Made by a program: the position numbers and the translations under genes
In this document: in pieces, positions 39,414-49,705 of the stretch
Layout: every line of letters starts with the position of its first letter
Numbering within the stretch: the stretch's first letter is position 1
Sequence record: NC_042116.1
Length of the DNA: 64,000 nt
Direction: 5' to 3' (one strand)
The notes under the pieces: generated by a model
What the model was told of the DNA's origin: nothing
Seen by the model: only the letters and a program-made list of their open reading frames with translations
Database searches by the model: none

Positions 39414-42095
39414 TTATTCACATGCCTCAACTCGTCTAGCCATAACTTCAGCACGTCTAGGTGTTTGACTATACCATGCAGAATTTCTTATACCTGCCGC
39501 TGCACCTTTATAATCACCACTTGCTAATGCTGCTAAAGTATTTTTAAACTTAAGTACTTTACCTTTACCCATTTGGAATACCATTTCAGTTAGTACTATT
39601 TGTACAATATAAGGTGTTTTCATATTATATTGTGCATATATTGATTGTGCATCTCTAACAGTTCTTACTAAGTCCTTTTGTAATAAAGCATCAGCAGTCG
39701 GTTCATCGATACCACCAGGGAAATTATCATTTGCAGTTATTAAATGACCATATCCTATTGTTGGATAACCTAAACTATCTTTATATATCCAGAATCTACC
39801 ACCACGGAAATAACCGATAGCTGTTTGATATTGAATTGTTCCTTCAAATTCTTTAACTTCTTCAATCAATTTTCCATCAGATGCAGTTACCTTCCAATCT
39901 ATAGAAGTTTTATCAAGTGATGACAAATCCTCGGCTGGTGCTCTAGCAGTACTATTCGTATTTCGTTTAGTTGTGCTAGTTCTTCGTGGAACATGTCTAG
40001 AACCACGTTGTGAATACACTGAACCAATACTGTTAACCGTAGTGATAACAACTAATTCAGAACTATTTTCAGAATATCCAGTTACTGGTGCAGGATTTAA
40101 ATTGGATGGTTTACCCGCAATTAAACTTTTATTTGCTGCACTTGCTCCCTTTCCTGTTACAGTACTATAAAATAATCCAGGATCTACTGTTCCACTAAAA
40201 CCATAAATGTTTGCAGATTGTAAACGTATTTCAAAATCAAATACTCCATTTGCAGTACCAATTTTTTGACCTTTAGTTACAGTATCTTTATTATTAACCG
40301 TAATGTTAATATCATAAAATACAGATTTGTATCCAGTAGGATGTGTTATTATCAAACCACCTGTTGAAATTTTAGTAACTAATCCACCATCTGGTGCAAC
40401 AACATCACCTTTAGCTTGGATAATCCATCCATTACGATTTGTGGTTGAACCGGATTGTGTAGGAACTCCTTTCCCCCAATAACCAAATTCACGAATTGTT
40501 CCAGTACAAGGCATAAACATTTGCAAACCTTCGTATGTTGTGGTATAACTAACTGTTGTATTATCTTCACCACCATCACTAACAACTAAATCTTGAGAAA
40601 GTACTTGACCTACTTCAGAAGTACTGTTAACATGCTGTACAGTCTCTTGTGCTTGCTGTTGTGGGGCTTCAGGAGCCACGTCATTAGCAGGTTCAGCCGT
40701 AGCAGGGGCATCGGCACTACTGTTTCCACCGCCCTGTACAGGGGGTGCCATTTGATCACTATGGTTACTAGCATCAACAAATGATTGGTGTAAATGAATA
40801 TGGTCAGATAAACCAACTGATGGAGTTTTAAAATCAGGTGCACCCATTGGTGCAGTACTTGCAGTACTATCACCCTTAATGGTTAAGTTATTGCCGCCAC
40901 CACCGATATTAACGGCTGAACCTTTAATATCAACAGTACTTGATGCAGTTATTGCAGTATTTGAACCTGAAGTAATATTAGTACTTGAACCTGATTGTAC
41001 TCGAATACTTGCACCAGCAACTAGACGTAAATCTGCCCCAGCATTTATAACAACTTGACCATTAACGATAGCATCCAATTTACCAACTAGATTAAGTTTA
41101 GTATCTCCTTGAATGCTCATATTTAAATTTCTACCTGCTTCAAAGTTAATATCACGAGAAGCAGTAAAGTTAAAATCTTCTTCAGTTCTAAAAGTAATAC
41201 TTTTAGTAGCATGAACCAAAATTTGTCCATCAACTGTCATTTCAAAACGTGCAGTACCATCTCGATTTATTAAAAATACGTTACCATCACTTTCTGATAG
41301 TAAAAACTGTGCACCACTACGTGTTCTAAGTATTATTCCTTCATTTTTTCGAGTCCCAACTGCTGTATCGTTTACTGGATTATTAAATTGAGTATTTTGA
41401 TAACTATCTTGGTCATCATCCCAATTTGGAGCAGTTAATTCGGCATCAGTATATCCATCATCCATTACAAACGTATTACCACGTGGAGAAGCCATTCCAT
41501 ATGTAGTACTGATAGTTTGTCTAGTACTACTTCTGTTTGGTACACCTTTTTGTGCATCATAAAGAAGATTTTGTTTTTTCAAACCTTCCACTAATGGAAC
41601 GTTTACATATTTTTGGTCTAATTGTGTTTGTATTGTATTTCTATCATAATCAGTTATTGGTACTGGCATATCATAACCACTATTTGGCATATTTTGTGAT
41701 GCAGCACCAGGAACCATTGTATTCATTCGGTCATCATAACCACATGCGAACCACCAACATTCATGAATATTACCATTAGCAAAGAAAATTGCGACTGTTA
41801 CACCAACATCAGGTGGTACAGCCCAAAATCCATAGCCTTTTGGAAATTGTTGATATGATTCAGCTCCTGGTGTTCCTGGTGTTCTTCCAGCGAATGGTGA
41901 AAGATATGATGCAGTAAGCCATGAACCTTTTGAATCCTTATCACTTTGAGAATTTTGTACCCAAACTTTCAATTTACCAGTTTTTGTAGGATCACGATTG
42001 TCCATAACAGTTGCTAACTGAACAAATTGTGGATTAAATCTGGCATTCTGATTTTTAGAAAACTCCATACTTTTGCTAGTGCTATTATCACCCAT
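39414..42095 (-). CDS. Baseplate hub/spike (T4 gp5-like) with degenerate M23 domain and C-terminal lysozyme
   Basis: OB-fold DNRDPTKTGKLKVWV...GFWAVPPDVG, beta-helix spike repeats, HIH apex, GH24 domain at the C-terminus. Confidence 0.85.
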   Translation of the reverse strand: MGDNSTSKSMEFSKNQNARFNPQFVQLATVMDNRDPTKTGKLKVWVQNSQSDKDSKGSWLTASYLSPFAGRTPGTPGAESYQQFPKGYGFWAVPPDVGVTVAIFFANGNIHECWWFACGYDDRMNTMVPGAASQNMPNSGYDMPVPITDYDRNTIQTQLDQKYVNVPLVEGLKKQNLLYDAQKGVPNRSSTRQTISTTYGMASPRGNTFVMDDGYTDAELTAPNWDDDQDSYQNTQFNNPVNDTAVGTRKNEGIILRTRSGAQFLLSESDGNVFLINRDGTARFEMTVDGQILVHATKSITFRTEEDFNFTASRDINFEAGRNLNMSIQGDTKLNLVGKLDAIVNGQVVINAGADLRLVAGASIRVQSGSSTNITSGSNTAITASSTVDIKGSAVNIGGGGNNLTIKGDSTASTAPMGAPDFKTPSVGLSDHIHLHQSFVDASNHSDQMAPPVQGGGNSSADAPATAEPANDVAPEAPQQQAQETVQHVNSTSEVGQVLSQDLVVSDGGEDNTTVSYTTTYEGLQMFMPCTGTIREFGYWGKGVPTQSGSTTNRNGWIIQAKGDVVAPDGGLVTKISTGGLIITHPTGYKSVFYDINITVNNKDTVTKGQKIGTANGVFDFEIRLQSANIYGFSGTVDPGLFYSTVTGKGASAANKSLIAGKPSNLNPAPVTGYSENSSELVVITTVNSIGSVYSQRGSRHVPRRTSTTKRNTNSTARAPAEDLSSLDKTSIDWKVTASDGKLIEEVKEFEGTIQYQTAIGYFRGGRFWIYKDSLGYPTIGYGHLITANDNFPGGIDEPTADALLQKDLVRTVRDAQSIYAQYNMKTPYIVQIVLTEMVFQMGKGKVLKFKNTLAALASGDYKGAAAGIRNSAWYSQTPRRAEVMARRVEACE

Positions 42096-44457
42096 TGTTA
42101 CTTCCTTCCGTGTTATCTGTATAATTTTCTTTACGTCTTAATGAACGAATTACTAAACCACCAGTTATTTGTTGTGTAAATGTTCCATTACTATTGAATT
42201 CACTTACAACTTTATTAACTCTATATAATGTTTGTGCAAATACTGATGTTTGATTGATTTCTAATATACCAGTACTATCACTAATAGCTACTATTGGTTT
42301 TAGATTCAATAATAAGTAAGTTTCAGATGTAAGATAGTTTGCAAAATGAACATCACTAGGATCTGGTTTAATATCTTCACCTTGTACAGCACGTTTTAGA
42401 TATTTCATGAATGAATAATCACCCCAACCTAACCAGAACGGGTCACCTAGTACTTTCATGTCTAGTTTAGCTAAAAATGATCGATTATAATAATTATCAC
42501 GAACTAATCTACGTTCAAGTTCGTCATCTGAGCTATTATCACCCTTAGTACCAGAGTTTGTTTGTTTTATATTGGTAGGTTCAACTGGAATACTATTAAC
42601 CTTTGGAATACCTATACCATTAGTCCCATCTACTGTTAAATCGAAGTCTTTTCTAAAATCTTCAATATATTTTGGCAAAGATGGTGATAATGATAGGTTA
42701 TATTCGTCTTGATCTTCATCTCCTTCAGTTGGTGTTTGCTTTTCTTGAGCTAAATTTTGTGCATCTCGAATGAATTGACGTTCTTCATCATTTAAAGTTC
42801 TACCATTTTCTTGATCATGTTCCAAACTTCTTGATTTTTTCCAAATATCACTAAAACCATCAGCGGTATTGTATTGTTGACCCGCAAGTTCTAATAATTC
42901 GGCTTTATGTGTACCAGCGGAGTTATCTTGGTCAATTTGTGATTGTGGATTACGAACAACTGCTAAATTAAATCCCTGATCGAATTTTAAATCCAAATTA
43001 ACAATTTCATTGTTCAAACCACTAAATTGATAATCATATCTCTTAGCATTAATCTTTGGAATTTTTGATTGGTCAGTTTCATCTATAATTTTGTCAGCAT
43101 TTTGCCTAAAGTACTCTAAATTGAACCGTTCTTCATGCAAATCGTCTTTTGAGGTTACATCACCGATTTTATATTTTAAAACATAGAAATAACTTTTAAA
43201 TGCAGATGTATTTCTGATATTATCATATCCAACATATCTTGATACTGGTATAATGTTCACAAACTGTCTACGTTTATCAGTACTATCATGTAATGGCATA
43301 CAACAATCTAATACATCATCAATTACTCGTGATACTGCTAAACTAGCTGCCCATGAGAATTGTTTTGCTGCATCTTGTCCGTTTCCAGTTTGATTAACTT
43401 CTGGACTTTGTTTGGAATCATAGTTAATTGTCATATTAGCTAATTCATTTGGACATGAAAGCTCAAAAAATTTATTATCTGCAAAAGCTGCATATTTAAA
43501 TCGTAAGTATCCGTATTGATCGGTTGCTATTTTATTTAAATGGTCTTCTAATTGTTGTAAAAATCCACCAAACGTTGCAGTAGTACAAGTATAAGGTTCC
43601 ATTAACGTCCAATCTTTATTTTCCATAATACCACCACGAGTACTTGTCATAGTGAAGGTATAATTCATAGTACCGCCTGATGGAGATGCAGAACCTGATA
43701 TAGTATTGATTCTCATACCCCATTTTCGATTTAAACCTGGTATAATCATTGGTTCGCCTGATACCCCATCATAACCAACGAAATTAAGTTCCATTACTAA
43801 TGGAACATCCATAAATTTATTATATCCAAGTTCATTTGATAGTACTACTAGGTCATCAAATAAACTCATACCTCCATTTTCTTGAACTTCCATAGTACAT
43901 GAGTTTAATGAATAGTTAGAGGTAAGTCCAGGTGTTGCTGGACCAGCAGATGTGATTTTAACACTATTAATACTATATTTTCCGGTTACACCACTTTGTG
44001 CAATTACATATTTTGATATTGCTGCATCAGAGTTTTCAAAAAATAATTCATATTCTTGATGATTCATTGTATATAATGAAAAATTCCATGTATAATTATG
44101 ATATTGTTGTAAAGGGTTATCATATGGTAAAATCATTTCATTTAAATTTAAATTTGAATATGTTCCATCAGGAGCATTAAATGATTTTTGTTTTTCCTCG
44201 GTAGCTCTTAGTACATAACCATTAGGTGTACCAGGAATCATCCCTTTTACTTTAGCAGAAGTAGTATCAGCAGCATTTTTAATAGTATTAACAGCAGCAT
44301 TACTAGCAGTTACTGCATTATTTTTAACATTTTGTGCAGTTGTTCCTATATCATCAGCAGTTAATAATAATTGGTCGATTGTACCTTCAACGTTGTCTTG
44401 AGCTGCTTGAACTTTTCCATTAGTTGCTTTATTAACTATATTATTAATAGACGCCAT
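42088..44457 (-). CDS. Baseplate hub protein (gp27-like)
   Basis: 789 aa immediately upstream of gp5; DMKVLGDPFWL and YRVNKVVSEFNSNGTFTQ typical of hub C-termini. Confidence 0.55.
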   Translation of the reverse strand: MASINNIVNKATNGKVQAAQDNVEGTIDQLLLTADDIGTTAQNVKNNAVTASNAAVNTIKNAADTTSAKVKGMIPGTPNGYVLRATEEKQKSFNAPDGTYSNLNLNEMILPYDNPLQQYHNYTWNFSLYTMNHQEYELFFENSDAAISKYVIAQSGVTGKYSINSVKITSAGPATPGLTSNYSLNSCTMEVQENGGMSLFDDLVVLSNELGYNKFMDVPLVMELNFVGYDGVSGEPMIIPGLNRKWGMRINTISGSASPSGGTMNYTFTMTSTRGGIMENKDWTLMEPYTCTTATFGGFLQQLEDHLNKIATDQYGYLRFKYAAFADNKFFELSCPNELANMTINYDSKQSPEVNQTGNGQDAAKQFSWAASLAVSRVIDDVLDCCMPLHDSTDKRRQFVNIIPVSRYVGYDNIRNTSAFKSYFYVLKYKIGDVTSKDDLHEERFNLEYFRQNADKIIDETDQSKIPKINAKRYDYQFSGLNNEIVNLDLKFDQGFNLAVVRNPQSQIDQDNSAGTHKAELLELAGQQYNTADGFSDIWKKSRSLEHDQENGRTLNDEERQFIRDAQNLAQEKQTPTEGDEDQDEYNLSLSPSLPKYIEDFRKDFDLTVDGTNGIGIPKVNSIPVEPTNIKQTNSGTKGDNSSDDELERRLVRDNYYNRSFLAKLDMKVLGDPFWLGWGDYSFMKYLKRAVQGEDIKPDPSDVHFANYLTSETYLLLNLKPIVAISDSTGILEINQTSVFAQTLYRVNKVVSEFNSNGTFTQQITGGLVIRSLRRKENYTDNTEGSNNG

Positions 44458-44469
44458 GTTGTTTTATCC

Positions 44470-44784
44470 TTAAGAAATATTTCTAGAACCATTTAACCAA
44501 TTTTGCACACGCTGTAATGTTGGTATTAAAATTGTTGTCCCACTTTTAAAATCATAAATTGGATCAACTAAAAGATTAGGGTTTAAAAGTGCAAATACAT
44601 AATATAAGCGTTCATTACCATATAAATTTTTAGCTAATCTCCAAGGTTGTTCATCATACTGATTCGGAATTGTATATTCAATATCGGAATCAGCCGGATA
44701 TAAAGGTGCAGGTAAATTATACTCTAGATACCATGTTTGTGTAGTTTTAGCATACGGAGAGTACTGACTGTATTTTGATGCCAT
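44470..44784 (-). CDS. Baseplate wedge protein (gp53-like, LysM-like)
   Basis: PWRLAKNLYGNERLYYVFALLNP...IYDFKSG pattern. Confidence 0.7.
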   Translation of the reverse strand: MASKYSQYSPYAKTTQTWYLEYNLPAPLYPADSDIEYTIPNQYDEQPWRLAKNLYGNERLYYVFALLNPNLLVDPIYDFKSGTTILIPTLQRVQNWLNGSRNIS

Positions 44785-45521
44785 TAGATAAATCCTCCTT
44801 TACGTAATAATTCACCACGTTTAAATGCATTCAAATTAAATTTGTTAGTCATATAATCTGGTGTAGGTTGTTGTTCCAGTTGAATAGTGATTGACATTTT
44901 CTGAGGAACCCATACTTCATTTTCTGGATTTACTGTTCCAATATCTCTTATATTTTCAAAGTACTGACGTGTTGTTTTATCAGAAAAGTCAAATCCATCA
45001 ATAGATGAATCAACTGGTACTTGAATATAAGAAACATCATCTGGATAACTAAATGAATATGATTTAACAATAACAGGAATATCATTATATATGTATCTTC
45101 CATAACCACTTAATATTAATATTGGTGGTGGTGCACCAACTACTGCAAAATCAGGATTTTGTGAATTTGCAGCTTGTCGTCCGAAGTCCATCAATGTTAC
45201 TGAACGTAGGAAATGCATACATGCTAATGTATACATTGCTTCCATTGCTGTTCCAGCATAGAAAGTACCTTGTATTGTTATTACAGTATTTGATGTATTT
45301 TTATAATTATTATAGCCACTATTAGTATGTACTGGCTGATCCATTTCGTAATTTACGTTTCGTTGTTCCGAAATAACAGGAGTATAGTTCCATACCATAC
45401 CATTAGTTACACGAAGCATTGATAAAATGGAAGGTTGATGTTGTTGACCAGTACCAAAATCACCATATACATAGTTTGCAGCAGCATCTTTTGGTCTTAA
45501 TCTCATTCTACGATCTATCAT
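44784..45521 (-). CDS. Baseplate tail-tube initiator/cap (gp48/gp54-like)
   Basis: HFLRSVTLMDFG...GAPPPILILSGYG...VIVKSYSFSYPDDV; late-like AATAAATA at 45550-45557. Confidence 0.55.
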   Translation of the reverse strand: MIDRRMRLRPKDAAANYVYGDFGTGQQHQPSILSMLRVTNGMVWNYTPVISEQRNVNYEMDQPVHTNSGYNNYKNTSNTVITIQGTFYAGTAMEAMYTLACMHFLRSVTLMDFGRQAANSQNPDFAVVGAPPPILILSGYGRYIYNDIPVIVKSYSFSYPDDVSYIQVPVDSSIDGFDFSDKTTRQYFENIRDIGTVNPENEVWVPQKMSITIQLEQQPTPDYMTNKFNLNAFKRGELLRKGGFI

Positions 45522-45560
45522 ATACATTCTCCAAGAAAATATTATGAAGTATTTATTAGA

Positions 45561-45589
45561 TGGAACGTTTTAGAAAATTGTGGTATAAT
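45561..45589 (+). promoter_or_regulatory. Hybrid promoter C (TGGAAC-N17-TATAAT)
   Basis: TGGAAC 45561-45566, TGG-TATAAT 45581-45589; upstream of the gp55-47-46 operon. Confidence 0.8.
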
Positions 45590-45636
45590 ATAGAGGTAAA
45601 ACAAGGATCGTTTTATAATAAAACATGGAGATTTTT

Positions 45637-46500
45637 ATGGCAGTTAAACCTAAACGCAAGAAGTATTTGAACAACGCGGATTTGCTACGAGAGATTCATA
45701 TCAGTAAAATGTCATACTGTTGGGTACTAGACGATGCTTACAGTATGTACGATTATATCGTCTTTGACGAGTCCGAAATTACTGAAGAATTAATTGAAAT
45801 TGCATCAGCAGAGCGAATTAAACGTTTAAATTCAAATACGTTAGATATTATTCGTGTGAGTAATGGATTTACTACAAAGAAAGCCAAAGAACATGCAGAA
45901 GAACATGGACTACTTATTAGTACTGTTCCTATTGATGAAGTTGTTATAAGAGTTATTAACAACGAGCATATACCGTTCATTGAAAACACGTTAGTTGAAA
46001 AGAAAGTACGTACAAATTTTGAACCATTTAAACACTATATAGTAGATGATAGTGGTGAATTATATGAAGTAGCACGTTCTCATTGGAAAGGTAATTTAGA
46101 TGAAGGTGATTTTTCATTAACTCATGGAAGAATGACAAATGAACTTGGTAAAATGTTCATTAAACTAGCAGAAGAAATTTCACATAAACCAAACTATCGT
46201 AACTATACATATTTGGATGAAATGATGGGAGATGCTAGAATTCAATTGGTTAAAAATGCATTACTTTTTAATGAAAGTATATTGTATAAGAAAATAAAAC
46301 CAGCAGTTCAACTTAACCCTTTCGCATATTACACCTCATTTGTTAATAATGCATTTCGTTCAGTACTTAATGCTGAAAAAAATGTACGTAACATTCGTGA
46401 TGACCTATTGGAAATTCAAGGGTACAATCCGAGTCATACAAGACAAATTGAAATTGAGATGAAAATGCTAGAAAGGAAGCAAACTAATGGCACTGTTTGA
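45637..46500 (+). CDS. gp55: Late-transcription sigma factor (T4 gp55-like)
   Basis: YLNNADLL, LAEEISHKPNYRNYTYLDEMMGDA, NPFAYYTSFVNNAF; precedes gp47/gp46 as in T4. Confidence 0.8.
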   Translation: MAVKPKRKKYLNNADLLREIHISKMSYCWVLDDAYSMYDYIVFDESEITEELIEIASAERIKRLNSNTLDIIRVSNGFTTKKAKEHAEEHGLLISTVPIDEVVIRVINNEHIPFIENTLVEKKVRTNFEPFKHYIVDDSGELYEVARSHWKGNLDEGDFSLTHGRMTNELGKMFIKLAEEISHKPNYRNYTYLDEMMGDARIQLVKNALLFNESILYKKIKPAVQLNPFAYYTSFVNNAFRSVLNAEKNVRNIRDDLLEIQGYNPSHTRQIEIEMKMLERKQTNGTV

Positions 46501-47521
46501 TAAAGCAATTACATTTACTGATATTCATTTAGGATTAAAAAATAACAGTAAAGAACATAATATTGATTGCGTGAACTTTGTTAAGTTCATGATTGAAGAA
46601 GCAACTAAACGAGATATAAAAATATGTATTTTTATGGGAGATTTTTTTCATAATAGAAGTAATGTTAATATTAATACATTAAATTATGGTTTAGAAATAA
46701 TGACTATACTGAATAATCATTTCGATAAAACATATTTTCTTGTTGGAAACCATGATATGTATCATAAAAATAAACGTGACATAACCAGTATTAATATGGC
46801 ACGTGTATTTGAAAAGATACATTTTATAAACAACATAGAAACCATTGATGATTGTACGTTTATTCCTTTTATGGTTGATGATGAATATCAACAACTACCA
46901 AATTTAAAAAGTAAGTATGTTTTTGGACATTTAGAACTTCCTGGATATCTTTTAAACAAAATGATTGAAATGCCAGATCATGGAAAAGAAACTGAAGAAT
47001 CATTTGGTGGATGTGATTATGTGTTTAGTGGTCATTTTCATAAACGACAAGCAAAAGTAACTACTAAAGGTACAAAAGTACTATACACTGGTAATTGTTT
47101 TCCACATAACTTCTCAGATACATGGGATGACGCACGTGGAGTAATGATACTAGTTCATGGACTTGAACCTGAATTTATTATGTGGCCTAATGCACCACGT
47201 TATAGAACATTTTCATTATCAGAGATGTTATCTGAACCAACATATTATCTTGAAGATAATGTGGTTGCAAAAATACAAATTGATATCCCAATTACAATGG
47301 ATGAAATTAGTTTTATACGAGAAACTTTTTGTAAGCTATATAATATAAGAGAATTCAATATCATACCAAGTAATAAGTCACTACAAAATGACTTTAGTGG
47401 TAATGATATTGCAACTACAACAGAATCAGTTGATGATATTGTTATTTCTCAAATTAAAGAAAACAAATCAAATATAATCGACAATGATTTATTAATACAA
47501 ATTTATTTTTCACTATCATAA
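46487..47521 (+). CDS. gp47: Recombination nuclease subunit (gp47 / Mre11-SbcD-like)
   Basis: Phosphoesterase motifs DIHLG, GDFFH, GNHD, GHLE, GHFH. Confidence 0.92.
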   Translation: MALFDKAITFTDIHLGLKNNSKEHNIDCVNFVKFMIEEATKRDIKICIFMGDFFHNRSNVNINTLNYGLEIMTILNNHFDKTYFLVGNHDMYHKNKRDITSINMARVFEKIHFINNIETIDDCTFIPFMVDDEYQQLPNLKSKYVFGHLELPGYLLNKMIEMPDHGKETEESFGGCDYVFSGHFHKRQAKVTTKGTKVLYTGNCFPHNFSDTWDDARGVMILVHGLEPEFIMWPNAPRYRTFSLSEMLSEPTYYLEDNVVAKIQIDIPITMDEISFIRETFCKLYNIREFNIIPSNKSLQNDFSGNDIATTTESVDDIVISQIKENKSNIIDNDLLIQIYFSLS

Positions 47522-47534
47522 AATGGAGGCAAGA

Positions 47535-49676
47535 ATGCTATCTATAAAACGTATTTCAATGCGTAATTTCTTTTCTTTTGGTAATGCTCCACAAGTTGTG
47601 GATTTAGATAGTACTGACATATCTCTAATTTTAGGTCAAAATAATGATGCTGCACCAGGAGATGATAATTCTGGTCGCAGAAATGGAGTAGGTAAGTCAG
47701 CTATTAACCAAGCAATTGTATTTGGATTGTATGGAAAAAGTATTGGGAATGATATTAAAATTCCAAACTTAGTTAATAAAATTAACTCAAAGAATTGTGA
47801 AGTTATTATTGATTTTGAAAAAGATGGTGTAGAATATAGAATAGAACGTGGGAGATCTCCCACGTTTTTTAATTTCTATCGACTAGATGAGAATAATAAC
47901 GTATCTGATGAATCTCGTGGAGAAAAGAAAGATACACAAGAAGATCTAACCGAAATATTAGGAATATCACAGTTACTATTAGAACATATTGTTATATTGA
48001 ATGCGAGTGTAGAACCATTTTTATCACTTTCACAACAAAAACAACGTGAAATTATAGAAGAACTTCTTGGAATTACACAACTAACAGAAAAAGCAAATCT
48101 ATTAAAAGATATGTACAAAGAAACTAAACGATTAGCAGATCAAGAAAAATTCAAAATTGAAACAATAACTGAATCTAACAAACGTATAGAACAAAGTATA
48201 GAAACTTTACAATTAAGAGCTAATGAATTCGAATCTAAAAAAATAAAAACAATACAAGAATTAAATGAACATTTGGAAGATTTTAAAGATGTAGATTTCG
48301 ACCATTTATTAAAAATTGCAGAAGAAATGGCATCAGCAATTGCACATAATAATTCTCGTAGTAATCTTGAAACTAGAGTAACACAACTAGTGGCTAAGCA
48401 TGAAGAATACTCAAATTCATTACAATCAAAGAAAAATACTTTAATTAACAGTATTAATGAATTAAGTACTTTTAATATTTCATCTGAACTTAAATTGCAT
48501 GAAGATTTAGAATCATGGAATTCATTAAATCAATTATTAAAAGAAACATTGAACACTAAACGATTTAAAGAACAACAATTAAAATCGATTTCTGATAAAA
48601 TTATGTTACAGGAACGTTCATTAATAGCTGAACAACAAAAATTAGATGATATAGCAAATAGTAAATGTCCATTATGTAAAAATTCACTTCAACATGATGA
48701 AAATCATGAAAATATGAAACATAAGTCTGAAAATGAAGTTGAAAAACTACTTTCTACTATAGAAATACTAAAAAATGAACAACAAAGTACACAACTTGAA
48801 ATAAGTTCATTGGAAATTTACGAAATGCCAACTAAACCAGTTACATATTATAGTTCTGTGTCTGAAGCTAAGTTGCATGAACATAAATTAGAGGAACTAA
48901 CTAAGAAAAGTACTGAAGAAGATATTAACATTTATGATGAAGAACTTTTAACTGTATACTCTGAATTAGAAAGTACTGAAATTAAAGATGTTATTGAATG
49001 GTATAGTATTGATGAAGTGAAAGAACTTCAACATTCATATAATTCATACATTTCGTCATTAGAACGTGAATCAAATTCACAAAATCCTTATTTTGACCAA
49101 ATTGAAACACTTAAACATAACTCATTACAGTCAGTTGATTATGATGAATACAACAAATTAACAAAACTTGCTGATCATCAAGATTATTTGACTAAATTAT
49201 TGATGAATAAAGATTCATTTGTTCGTCGCCGCATCATTGAACAAAATATATCATTCTTGAACTCTAGATTGCAGTACTGGATTGATAAATCAGGTTCACA
49301 ACATACGGTTGAATTCCTAAATGACCTAAGTGTAGACATAAACCTAAATGGTCAGTCATATGATTTCAAACAATTATCTCGTGGTGAAAGAACTCGTGTA
49401 ATTCTATCATTGAATTTAGCATTTCGTGACACATATGAGTCATTGTACCAAAATATTAACATTATGTTTGTTGATGAATTACTAGACAATGGTCTAGATA
49501 GTGGTGGTATAGAAAGTGCATGGCATATGTTACAAGATTTGAGTGCAGTTAGAGGAAAAAACATCTTCGTAGTATCACATCGTGAAGAATTAGTCAATAG
49601 AGCTAATTCCATATTACGAGTAGTTAAAGAAGATAGCTTTAGTACTGTAGAGTACTGTGATGTACTTGATTTATAA
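47535..49676 (+). CDS. gp46: Recombination ATPase subunit (gp46 / Rad50-SbcC-like)
   Basis: NGVGKS Walker A, coiled coil with CPLC hook, LSRGE signature, MFVDE Walker B, VVSH. Start after GGAGG. Confidence 0.92.
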   Translation: MLSIKRISMRNFFSFGNAPQVVDLDSTDISLILGQNNDAAPGDDNSGRRNGVGKSAINQAIVFGLYGKSIGNDIKIPNLVNKINSKNCEVIIDFEKDGVEYRIERGRSPTFFNFYRLDENNNVSDESRGEKKDTQEDLTEILGISQLLLEHIVILNASVEPFLSLSQQKQREIIEELLGITQLTEKANLLKDMYKETKRLADQEKFKIETITESNKRIEQSIETLQLRANEFESKKIKTIQELNEHLEDFKDVDFDHLLKIAEEMASAIAHNNSRSNLETRVTQLVAKHEEYSNSLQSKKNTLINSINELSTFNISSELKLHEDLESWNSLNQLLKETLNTKRFKEQQLKSISDKIMLQERSLIAEQQKLDDIANSKCPLCKNSLQHDENHENMKHKSENEVEKLLSTIEILKNEQQSTQLEISSLEIYEMPTKPVTYYSSVSEAKLHEHKLEELTKKSTEEDINIYDEELLTVYSELESTEIKDVIEWYSIDEVKELQHSYNSYISSLERESNSQNPYFDQIETLKHNSLQSVDYDEYNKLTKLADHQDYLTKLLMNKDSFVRRRIIEQNISFLNSRLQYWIDKSGSQHTVEFLNDLSVDINLNGQSYDFKQLSRGERTRVILSLNLAFRDTYESLYQNINIMFVDELLDNGLDSGGIESAWHMLQDLSAVRGKNIFVVSHREELVNRANSILRVVKEDSFSTVEYCDVLDL

Positions 49677-49677
49677 C

Positions 49678-49705
49678 AAAAAGGAGCCATTAGGCTCCTT
49701 TTTTT
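49678..49705. terminator. Bidirectional terminator
   Basis: AAAAAGGAGCC-ATTA-GGCTCCTTTTTTT. Confidence 0.8.
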
